In this document: positions 18,705-26,760 of the stretch, in pieces
Layout: every line of letters starts with the position of its first letter
How positions within the stretch are numbered: the first letter of the stretch is position 1
Assembly: GCA_020721645.1 (NCBI GenBank)
Contig: DYMH01000006.1
Span: 1-48,842, forward strand
DNA: 48,842 bases
Direction: 5' to 3'
Origin: Draconibacterium orientale
Lineage (GTDB): Bacteria > Bacteroidota > Bacteroidia > Bacteroidales > JAADGE01
Made by a program: the position numbers and the translations under genes
The notes under the pieces: model-generated
The model's database searches: none
Told to the model about the DNA's origin: nothing
Seen by the model: only the letters and a program-made list of their open reading frames with translations

Positions 18705-19939
18705 TCTACGGGTATTTTAAAATAACCATTTTCTCTATCGCCTTCCTTAAATTCTTCTTGTGTTAAATTAATAATGTTTAGATTTATTTTGTCGCTCGGT
18801 AAATCTAATATTTTAATTTTAGGAATATCTAATGCCAAACCGATTTTATATAAATTTGCAATTAATAGATTACCTGGTATTTTAATAGTCCAAGTTTTAA
18901 TTCCTATAAAATCCAACTGTCTTCTGTTTATAAATATTAAATTATCGTACTTATCTTGTATTGAAAAATTCAAACGTGCGTTTTCTTGATAATAGTCGTT
19001 TCTAAGGGTTATGTTTACAAAAATCTCTTGCTCTGCGAAATATTCAATCACAACATTCTTATCTTTATCTTTCAGTTCAACTTTAATTATTTGTGTCGCT
19101 TTACTCTCATCTTGTTTGTAGAATATAGTTGAAATATTTTGGTCAGTTGAGTTTGTATTTAAATATTTAGTTAAAGTTTCGTCTATTCCCCCTTCAAAAA
19201 TCAGTTTTCCGTTTTGCAAAACCACGCCCTTGTTACACAACGCCTTTATACTCCCCATATTATGACTCACAAACAACACAGTCCTCCCCCCTTCCCTCGA
19301 AACATCCTGCATTTTTCCGATGGCTTTTTTCTGAAATTCGGCGTCGCCCACTGCAAGCACTTCGTCCACCACCAAGATTTCGGGTTCTAAATGGGCAGCA
19401 ACGGCAAAGGCGAGGCGAACGTACATTCCGCTGCTGTAACGTTTTACGGGTGTGTCCACGTATTTGGCTACGCCGGCAAAGTCGATAATTTCGTCGAATT
19501 TGGATTTTATTTCTCGTTTAGTCATGCCGAGGATTGCCCCGTTAAGGAAAATATTTTCTCTACCTGTCAATTCGGGGTGAAAGCCGGTGCCTACTTCGAG
19601 CAAACTTGCAATACGACCGTTTACTTTTATGCTGCCGGTGGTTGGTCCGGTAACGCGGGAGAGTATTTTGAGCAAAGTTGATTTTCCTGCTCCGTTTTTG
19701 CCAATGATTCCGAGTATTTCGCCTTTTTTTACCTCTAAGTTAATGTCTTTGAGAGCCCAAACCAAGTCGCCGTCCACAGTATCGAGGCGGTTTGTTTGCC
19801 CGATTTTAAGTGTCGGATCTTCCTTGCCGCGAATTTTTGCAAACCATCGGTTGAGGTCGTGGCTGAGTGTTCCGGTACCTATTTGCCCGAGGCGGTACTG
19901 TTTGGAAAGGTTTTCTATTTTAATGGCAAGGTCGGACAA
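18692..19939 (-). CDS. wzt: Polysaccharide ABC transporter ATP-binding protein with Wzt C-terminal domain
   Basis: GKNGAGKST, GFHPELTGREN, YSSGM, VDEVLAVGD, VSH; TTG start. Confidence 0.95.
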   Translation of the reverse strand: MSDLAIKIENLSKQYRLGQIGTGTLSHDLNRWFAKIRGKEDPTLKIGQTNRLDTVDGDLVWALKDINLEVKKGEILGIIGKNGAGKSTLLKILSRVTGPTTGSIKVNGRIASLLEVGTGFHPELTGRENIFLNGAILGMTKREIKSKFDEIIDFAGVAKYVDTPVKRYSSGMYVRLAFAVAAHLEPEILVVDEVLAVGDAEFQKKAIGKMQDVSREGGRTVLFVSHNMGSIKALCNKGVVLQNGKLIFEGGIDETLTKYLNTNSTDQNISTIFYKQDESKATQIIKVELKDKDKNVVIEYFAEQEIFVNITLRNDYYQENARLNFSIQDKYDNLIFINRRQLDFIGIKTWTIKIPGNLLIANLYKIGLALDIPKIKILDLPSDKINLNIINLTQEEFKEGDRENGYFKIPVEWEI

Positions 19940-19973
19940 AATAATTATGAATTATGAGTTATGGATGGTGGGG

Positions 19974-19981
19974 CAAAAATA
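19974..19981 (-). promoter_or_regulatory. TAnnTTTG promoter box upstream of wzt (repeated at 21010, 23841 and 26941)
   Basis: TATTTTTG about 30-35 nt upstream of TTG in all four copies. Confidence 0.6.
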
Positions 19982-20040
19982 GTAAAAATTTTGTTTATTG
20001 TCGTTTCTGCGATGAAGTCTTATGGTAAAATTGTGTCTGT

Positions 20041-20457
20041 TTAATGGATGAACGGATTTATTATTTGTAATCTGTTCTCAATAATTTGTTGATGTTGCAT
20101 GTCTTCTGTGTATAGGATTGAGCAATTATTTTGTAATGCAGCAGAAATAATTAAACTATCCCAATAAGAAAAACCGTATTTTTCTTTTATTTTTAAACAC
20201 AGTTTTATGTCAGAATAATTTAACGGAGTAACGTTAAATAATTTAGATATTTCAATGATATTGTTCTTAATATTTTTGTGTTCAATTTTATTTTTAAACA
20301 GAACTGAATAAAATTCGTTGATAACTTGTACACTTACAAAAAATGTGTTTCCTAAGTTAAGAGAAAACAGCTCTTTAATCTTTTTTTGTTTGTCATTATT
20401 CTGTAGAATGTATCCATAAACAAGAATATTTGTATCAATAAAAATATTATCTTTCAT
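20041..20457 (-). CDS. PIN-domain (VapC-like) toxin
   Basis: FIDTNILVY, QVINEF, WDSLII, LYTEDMQH; homolog of 5195-5602. Confidence 0.92.
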   Translation of the reverse strand: MKDNIFIDTNILVYGYILQNNDKQKKIKELFSLNLGNTFFVSVQVINEFYSVLFKNKIEHKNIKNNIIEISKLFNVTPLNYSDIKLCLKIKEKYGFSYWDSLIISAALQNNCSILYTEDMQHQQIIENRLQIINPFIH

Positions 20458-20701
20458 AAAGTTCGTCCCGAGAATAAGTTATAAAATTGATACATTGAAT
20501 GGGATTGTTGATAAAATTAGGTATTTTTTTTAATGGTTTTTCGTTTTTGGATTTTTCGGACACGGAAGTAATTTTAATGTCATATTTAAAAATAATGAAT
20601 TCCAATAAATTAGTAAATTCCTTTTCAGCATCCTTATCTAATTTGGAAAAGAAAAGTTGCGGATTTTCTTTCAGCATGTTGATATCAATAGTTTTATTCA
20701 T
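20447..20701 (-). CDS. Putative antitoxin of the PIN toxin
   Basis: 84 aa ending SRDELYER, overlaps PIN start; TAAATTTG box at 20718-20725. Confidence 0.75.
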   Translation of the reverse strand: MNKTIDINMLKENPQLFFSKLDKDAEKEFTNLLEFIIFKYDIKITSVSEKSKNEKPLKKIPNFINNPIQCINFITYSRDELYER

Positions 20702-20782
20702 GGTCGGTTTTTTAATGCAAATTTACGACGAAAATTTAAATAAAAAACATCATAATAATTTTTCCCTTTTTAAAAACGGTGT

Positions 20783-21031
20783 CTTTGAGAGTTCGTACAT
20801 ATTCGCCGTCCCCGGTATCGAGACGGTTGGTTTGTCCGATTTTAAGTGTCGGGTCTTCCTTGCCGCGAATTTTTGCAAACCATCGGTTGAGGTCGTGGCT
20901 GAGTGTTCCGGTACCTATTTGCCCGAGGCGGTACTGTTTGGAAAGGTTTTCTATTTTAATGGCAAGGTCGGACAAAATAATTATGAATTATGAGTTATGG
21001 ATGGTGGGGCAAAAATAGTAAAAATTTTGTT
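20783..21031 (-). repeat. wzt 5' stub with promoter and UTR, copy 2
   Basis: Near-identical to about 19745-19995; first 54 aa identical, similarity ends after LKD. Confidence 0.95.
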
Positions 21032-21104
21032 TTGAGCGAGGGTTTTATAAGAAACTGTTTTCTTTTCATTAAACAGAGAATATTCTCCTTTTGTCTGCAA
21101 AATT

Positions 21105-21296
21105 GTGTTTGTCGGGTTCTGAAACCCACTAAGCAAGTTGGTCGGCATGTTTTTCGATGATTTCGCAGCTGCCATCGGTGCTGCTGCCGTCGATGATGAT
21201 GTACTCGAAAGTGGTAAAAGTTTGCGATACAACGCTTTCTATGGTCTTTTGCAAGCCGGCGGCGTTGTTGAGGTTTATTGTTGAGAGTTTCGGCAT
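21105..21296 (-). repeat. GT2 (KLSIITVN) 5' stub, long version
   Basis: MPKLSTINLNNAAGLQKTIESVVSQTFTTFEYIIIDGSSTDGSCEIIEKHADQLA*WVSEPDK; ATG lies 5 nt after the toxin stop. Confidence 0.92.
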
Positions 21297-21301
21297 TAAA
21301 T

Positions 21302-21922
21302 TCATTTATTTTTAATAAAATCTGTAAGCGTATTTTCAATAAATATTTTTACTTCGTTCCAATCTGTCGGAATAAGCATATCCGGTTGTTCGTCTTCATC
21401 TGCATCTTTAAAATATGTGAGACTTCTTAAAACTAAAAAAATAGAACCTTCGGGATATTTTTGCATATAAAAATCTAATATTTCTTTTAGATTATATCGT
21501 TTCAATAAAAAGTATAAATCTATAAAATCTTTTTTTGTTCCTCTGCCTGTAATTGCGGCAATTTTCATTGCAGCAATATCTTTTATACCGGCGAGTAATA
21601 AATTATCTTCAGTAATTGCATTTTCTAACCATGTATAATGGTAATTAACAAAATCTACTTTAATATTATTAACAGAAAAGATATTAATATTTGTTGAATT
21701 TTTAAGAACAGTTATTTTTCCTACCTTTTCTAATTCTTTGGAAAAGGTAATAAAATCATTTTCAATCAGTCCAAAAAAATCTAAATCTATTGATTTTCTG
21801 TGTCCTATTTGTAGAGCCAATGCTGTTCCGCCTACAAGTCTTAATTTAGAAAACTCTGTAATGCTCTGTATTTTTTTTAATATATCCAGTGTGTCCTGTT
21901 CAATTGTTTTGTAGTATAGCAT
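21302..21922 (-). CDS. AbiEii-family nucleotidyltransferase toxin
   Basis: LVGGTALALQIGHRKSIDLDF, AAMK..AI..RG.KKDF.D. Confidence 0.92.
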   Translation of the reverse strand: MLYYKTIEQDTLDILKKIQSITEFSKLRLVGGTALALQIGHRKSIDLDFFGLIENDFITFSKELEKVGKITVLKNSTNINIFSVNNIKVDFVNYHYTWLENAITEDNLLLAGIKDIAAMKIAAITGRGTKKDFIDLYFLLKRYNLKEILDFYMQKYPEGSIFLVLRSLTYFKDADEDEQPDMLIPTDWNEVKIFIENTLTDFIKNK

Positions 21923-22182
21923 AAGAATTTTTCTTTTGGTATTTTAGATAATAATGAAATAAAAGTTATGGATTTTTCATCCAAATCTCTGGCATTCATG
22001 GCGATTTTCGCTATTTCATCTATTCCGTAGTAATTGTATATAATATCCCAATCGTTTATTAAGCCGTAATCAAGAACATTTGTAATAATCGTTTTCTTAC
22101 TTCTTTCAAAGTCGAGATTATTTCTATTTACGTCCCAAAACAGATGTTTTGAAAAATTGTTTATATCAAATTCTTTGCTCAT
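21877..22182 (-). CDS. DUF6922-like antitoxin
   Basis: HLFWD motif; ATG at 22182 gives 101 aa, collinear with 14969-15274. Confidence 0.8.
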   Translation of the reverse strand: MSKEFDINNFSKHLFWDVNRNNLDFERSKKTIITNVLDYGLINDWDIIYNYYGIDEIAKIAMNARDLDEKSITFISLLSKIPKEKFLCYTTKQLNRTHWIY

Positions 22183-22206
22183 AAAATTGATTTTATTTGT
22201 AATTTC

Positions 22207-22303
22207 CTGTAAAAATTTGTATAGCAATGATTTCAATGGTTTTTATCAGTCCTTCGGCATTGTTAAGGTTTACGGTGATTATTGAGAGTTTTGGGGTATG
22301 AAT
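22207..22303 (-). repeat. GT2 5' stub (start codon degraded to ATT)
   Basis: IHTPKLSIITVNLNNAEGLIKTIEIIAIQIFTG. Confidence 0.9.
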
Positions 22304-22310
22304 AAGTAAA

Positions 22311-22922
22311 TTAAAAATTTAGTGCAGTTTCGGTTAAGAAGTTTTTGATTTCGTTTTCAGTGGGTTTTTCTTTCAAAAATTCAACAGGTTCCGAATGGTC
22401 CATATCTTCAAAATAACAAAGTTGCGCTCGGAAAAGTTTTTCGGAAAACAAGTCGCCGTAAATAGCACTAGCTTTTTCAGATATTTGATTTACAGTATGA
22501 TAACTTTTAAGTATGTAGTATAAATCAACATAATCTTTCCATTTCGATCTTCTGCCTAATGCGTAAGATTTCATGGCTGCCAATGTTAATAAGTCGGGCA
22601 ATTTGAACACGTCTTCGTATTTGCAGGGCGTATCTATGTGGAATGGGTATTGGAAAAAAGTAAGTTTTACTTTGTTCAGTATCAGGTTTAATTGTTCGGA
22701 TACACGACGTGTAACTGTGTGGTTGTATCCGGACTCTGAAATTTTTGAGATAATCTTCGGGATTTTGAGGTCTGTTTTTTTGAACATGTCAAAATCAATG
22801 GATTGTCGGTGTCCGATATGCAAGGCAATTGCCGTGCCGCCGACTAAGTAAAATTCGCGTTTAAAGCCGGACATCAGCGGAAGTAATTGTACTTGTTTTT
22901 GATTAAATATCTCGCTATGCAT
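22311..22922 (-). CDS. AbiEii-family nucleotidyltransferase toxin
   Basis: LVGGTAIALHIGHRQSIDFD, AAMK.YALGRR.KWKDYVD. Confidence 0.92.
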   Translation of the reverse strand: MHSEIFNQKQVQLLPLMSGFKREFYLVGGTAIALHIGHRQSIDFDMFKKTDLKIPKIISKISESGYNHTVTRRVSEQLNLILNKVKLTFFQYPFHIDTPCKYEDVFKLPDLLTLAAMKSYALGRRSKWKDYVDLYYILKSYHTVNQISEKASAIYGDLFSEKLFRAQLCYFEDMDHSEPVEFLKEKPTENEIKNFLTETALNF

Positions 22923-23187
22923 GGTTTTTAAAATAGAGTGAAAAAAGGTGATGTATTTCGGGATAAAAATTTCCTATTTTTCTATCCTGCATTGAAAAAA
23001 ATACCGATGCTACGGTTTTTAATCCTAAGATGTGAAATAATTTTCTTATTGTTGCCATTTCGCCGTAATTCAAAATAAATTCCACCAAAACTTCGTGGCT
23101 GATATTTTGTTTTTCCGCTTCGGGAGTATACCAAAATAAATCGGCGTTTTCGGCAATAAATTGTTTTATTTCGGGGGTGTTTTGCAT
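22915..23187 (-). CDS. Putative antitoxin (LFWY motif)
   Basis: ATG at 23187 (MQNTPEIK); overlaps the toxin start; TATTTTTG box at 23232-23239. Confidence 0.75.
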   Translation of the reverse strand: MQNTPEIKQFIAENADLFWYTPEAEKQNISHEVLVEFILNYGEMATIRKLFHILGLKTVASVFFSMQDRKIGNFYPEIHHLFSLYFKNHA

Positions 23188-23260
23188 TGATTTTATTATT
23201 ATTGCGAGCTTGGGTACTCGAAAGTATCCCGCAAAAATACGAAATTTTATGTTTTTTTTC

Positions 23261-23666
23261 TTAATCAAAACTCTTTATTTGGATTAAAATATCGCGAAAT
23301 GTTTCTCCGAATTTGATGTTGTTGGTTTTATAATCTGAAATTTCGGATTTTGGTTTGTAGTTTTCGAGAATTTTCGCAAGTTGGACGGTATTTTCGGGTT
23401 CAAAGAAAACCACATTTCGGATGATTTGTTCGCGATGCACCCGAATGTCCGATAAAATAAGCGATTGATTCATCGCTTTTACATCTTCAACCACCGTACT
23501 CCAACCTTCAAAAAGAGACGGTTGAATGATGGCTTGCGAATGTTTCATGAGTGCCAATTGGTCGATTCTGTCAATAAATCCGAGAAAACGAACATTGTCT
23601 TGAATATTATTTTGTAAAACATAGTTTTGCAATTCGTTGAAAAATTCAGGGTTTCTGTAATCGGAT
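23261..23666 (-). pseudogene. 3' fragment of a GT4 glycosyltransferase, copy B
   Basis: DYRNP...FLGFI...QPSLFEGWSTVVED...SDI.VHRE; no N-terminal domain, fused to a wzt stub. Confidence 0.85.
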
Positions 23667-23667
23667 T

Positions 23668-23862
23668 ATTTGCCCGATCTTAAGTGTCGGGTCTTCCTTG
23701 CTGCGAATTTTTGCAAACCATCGGTTGAGGTCGTGGCTGAGTGTTCCGGTATCTATTTGCCCGAGGCGGTACTGCTTGGAAAGATTCTCAATTTTAATGG
23801 CAAGGTCGGACAAAATAATTATGAATTATGAATGGTGGGGCAAAAATAGTAAAAATTTTGTT
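23668..23862 (-). repeat. wzt 5' stub, copy 3
   Basis: TTG at 23813; identity to the wzt start ends at PTLKIGQ. Confidence 0.95.
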
Positions 23863-23902
23863 TTGCAGGGATTTTATTTTTGTTTTTACATCTTCCCATT
23901 AT

Positions 23903-24170
23903 TAATGCGAATCAAGAGTCGCATTATTAAAAGTTGAATATGTTTCATAGTGTGAAGTATGAATTGCCGGCGGAGTGATTTCTTTTATTTATATCGGAGT
24001 CTCCTCCGGCTAATTTCTTGATATTTATCGAATTTGTAATTTAGTATACCGGAAAAAACAATTGTTTCTAAAACTAATTCCATCCGCCGTTAGCTTGTTC
24101 AGCTTTGCAATACACCGGCATAAATGCCGGAGATAGTCAATACAATGATTTTAACTCTTGATTCGCATTA
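23903..24170. mobile_element. MITE-like non-coding element with 17-bp terminal inverted repeats
   Basis: taatgcgaatcaagagt (23903-23919) and actcttgattcgcatta (24154-24170) form a perfect IR; internal hairpins; no ORF. Confidence 0.6.
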
Positions 24171-24206
24171 TTAATCTTTCATTATCATGCGTATTGGTTC
24201 GGAAAA

Positions 24207-24302
24207 CGAAAAGATTTGTGCAAGCACGCTGTCGATTGTCTTTTTAAGACCCTTGGCATTGTTAAGGTTTACGGTGATTATTGAGAGTTTGGGGTGGTGC
24301 AT
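24207..24302 (-). repeat. GT2 5' stub
   Basis: MHHPKLSIITVNLNNAKGLKKTIDSVLAQIFS. Confidence 0.92.
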
Positions 24303-24331
24303 TGTTTTATTTGATTCGGAAAATGAGTTCT

Positions 24332-24955
24332 TTATAGTTTATTTTTAAGAACACTATCGCTTATTGTTTTTTTTATCTTATTCCACGTCAATTGAGGGTC
24401 TTTTATCATGACCGGCCAGTCGGCTAAATCAACATCATCAAACCACACCAAACTTTTCAACACGTTAATATCGTTGGTTTGATTGTATTTTGTTTTGTAA
24501 AAACGGATCATTTCCGGTAATTGTATTTGCTGTAAAATATAAAAAATATCAATAAAATCCTTAACTCTTTGTCCGTTAGTGCAAACCGCATTCAATTTCA
24601 TAGCCGATATATCTTGTATCGATAACATTTTTATTTTTTCCGAAACATGCAAATCCGCTATATGTGGATATCGGTGTGCCAAAATATCAACCTGTACATT
24701 GTTTATACTGCCTTTTAATGTATTTGCCGCACTATAAAAGATTTTGAAATTAAAATCGTTTGAAATTTTTTCGAAAATATCTTGAGCATCAAAATTGAAA
24801 TTACAAAACAAATCGATATCAACAGATCTTCTGTGGCCCAGCCGGAGTGCTAATGCAGTTCCGCCTACCAGGTAAAATCCTTCAAGATATGGTTTCTCTT
24901 GTAATTTGATAATTAGGTCAAATGTTAATTGATCGACTGTTTTTTTGAATAGCAT
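24332..24955 (-). CDS. AbiEii-family nucleotidyltransferase toxin
   Basis: LVGGTALALRLGHRRSVDIDLF, SAMKLNA...G.R.KDF.D. Confidence 0.92.
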   Translation of the reverse strand: MLFKKTVDQLTFDLIIKLQEKPYLEGFYLVGGTALALRLGHRRSVDIDLFCNFNFDAQDIFEKISNDFNFKIFYSAANTLKGSINNVQVDILAHRYPHIADLHVSEKIKMLSIQDISAMKLNAVCTNGQRVKDFIDIFYILQQIQLPEMIRFYKTKYNQTNDINVLKSLVWFDDVDLADWPVMIKDPQLTWNKIKKTISDSVLKNKL

Positions 24956-25209
24956 TTGAATTGTTTTTTTGGAATTTTGAAATATAAGGAAAAAAAATTT
25001 AAAGTTTTGTCATCTAAAAAATTCAAACAACAAATCGTATTCATAATCGTTTCTTTTCCGTAAAAATTCATAATCAGCGAAAGTTCATCTGAATTCCCGA
25101 AATTTATCACACGCTCTATAATTAATCGTTGATTTTTTTGGGCATCCATTTTCGAAATATCGATATCCCAAAAATATACAGGGTTTATATGTTGCAATAT
25201 ATTTTCCAT
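24925..25209 (-). CDS. DUF6922-like antitoxin
   Basis: YFWD...LIIERVINFG; overlaps the toxin; TAATTTTG box at 25236-25243. Confidence 0.82.
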   Translation of the reverse strand: MENILQHINPVYFWDIDISKMDAQKNQRLIIERVINFGNSDELSLIMNFYGKETIMNTICCLNFLDDKTLNFFSLYFKIPKKQFKCYSKKQSIN

Positions 25210-25316
25210 TTCCGAATTTTCTTTTTAGCCTTTTACAAAATTAATGCTTTTTGGTGTAATATGAATTTCAGAGCGTTTCTATTTTGCAGAGAATTGTTGT
25301 ATTCCTTTTTCGGAAA

Positions 25317-25401
25317 AGACTAACACCGCGAGCATCGCATTTTTTTGCAATCCTTTGGCATTGTTGAGGCTTACGGTGATTATGGAGAGTTTGGTGGGCA
25401 T
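25317..25401 (-). repeat. GT2 5' stub
   Basis: MPTKLSIITVSLNNAKGLQK; ATG lies 7 nt after the toxin stop. Confidence 0.9.
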
Positions 25402-25408
25402 AAGTAAA

Positions 25409-26010
25409 TTAAAAATTTAGTGCTGTTTCAGTTAGAAACGTTTTGATTTTTTCATCTGATGGCTTTTCGTTTAAGTAAATAACGGGTTCGGAATTGTCTA
25501 TATCTTCGTAAAACGATAATTGTTCTAAAAGCAATTTAGCATTAAAAAAATTTCCGAAAACGATATCTGTATTGTCGATTATTTGATTTAAAGAGAAATG
25601 ATTTTTCAAAATAAAATATAAATCGACATAATCTTTCCATTTTGCTCGTCCGCCGAGAGCATAAGTCATCATGCTTGCTAAATTGAGCAAAGAAGGTAGT
25701 TTTATGATATTATTAAAATCAGTATCGGCCTCAATTTTGTGCGGAAATTGGAAAAAGGTCAATTTGACAGAATTAACAATTAGATGCATTTGGTCAAAAG
25801 CTTCATATATTACACGATAGGTATTATTATAGTATTTTTTATTTGAGTTCTTTTAATTTCGTCATACGAGAACAAATCAAAATCAATTGATGAACGATGT
25901 CCCAGATACAGTGCAATTTCTGTTCCACCGACAAGATAATATTTATTTGAAAATTGGTTGATTAACGGGAGTAATGCTTTTTGTTCTTCAGACAGGATAA
26001 ATATTTGCAT
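25409..26010 (-). pseudogene. Split AbiEii toxin (frameshift near 25810)
   Basis: N-half MQIFILSEEQ...GGTEIAL..GHRSSIDFD (26010-25810) and C-half ...RAKWKDYVD...FLTETALNF are in different frames; paralog of 22311-22922. Confidence 0.88.
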
Positions 26011-26275
26011 GGCGTTTAAAATATAAATTGAAGAAATGAACGGTACTTTTATGGTAATTGACTCTTGAATTACTGACCTGTTTAAAAAATATTTTGGCAA
26101 CAGCATCTATTCCAAGAATTAGAAAAAGTTTTTTTAGTGATAATATTGTTCCGTAATTCAAAATAAATTCCACCAAAACTTCGTGGCTGATATTTTGTTT
26201 TTCCGCTTCGGGAGTATACCAAAATAAGTCCGAATTTTCGGCAATGAATTGTTTTATTTCAGGGGTGTTTTGCAC
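25988..26275 (-). CDS. Putative antitoxin (LFWY motif)
   Basis: First 42 aa nearly identical to 22915-23187; overlaps the toxin pseudogene; GTG start. Confidence 0.7.
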   Translation of the reverse strand: MQNTPEIKQFIAENSDLFWYTPEAEKQNISHEVLVEFILNYGTILSLKKLFLILGIDAVAKIFFKQVSNSRVNYHKSTVHFFNLYFKRHANIYPV

Positions 26276-26365
26276 GGATCCGAATATTTTGCATGGCTTA
26301 TCGGCAAATTATTGTTATGCTTTATGCAAAGATATGAAATTTTCCTTTTACCCCTTATCAAAACC

Positions 26366-26759
26366 CTATATTTGTTCTAAAATATTGCGAAATGTTTCGC
26401 CGAATTTGGTGATGTTGGTTTTATAATCCGAAATTTCGGATTTGGGTTTGTAGTTTTCTAAAATTTGTGCAAGCTGTTTGGCATTTTCAGGCTCAAAGAA
26501 ATCGACATTTCGGTTAATTTGTTCGCGATGCACCCGAATGTCCGATAAAATAAGCGATTGATTCATTGCTTTTGCATCTTCTACAACAGTACTCCAACCT
26601 ACAAAAAGAGACGGCTGAATAATTGCTTGCGAATGTTTCATGAGTGCCAATTGGTCGATTCTGTCAATAAATCTGAGAAAACGAATATTGTCTTGAATAT
26701 TATTTTGTAAAACATAGTTTTGCAATTCGTTGAAAAATTCAGGGTTTCTGTAATCGGAT
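26366..26759 (-). pseudogene. 3' fragment of a GT4 glycosyltransferase, copy A
   Basis: Close duplicate of 23261-23666; LFEGW is changed to LFVGW. Confidence 0.85.
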
Positions 26760-26760
26760 T

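Noticed and set aside
20736-20975. 79-aa ORF as a functional small Wzt paralog
   Set aside because: It is the truncated wzt start without a Walker A motif; treated as a stub.
20981-21339. ORFs 20981-21232 and 20995-21339
   Set aside because: Off-frame readings of the GC-rich GT2 stub.
14076-25401. GT2 stubs as DGR template/variable repeats or shufflon modules
   Set aside because: No reverse transcriptase or invertase is present, differences are not confined to adenines, and all copies are direct repeats.
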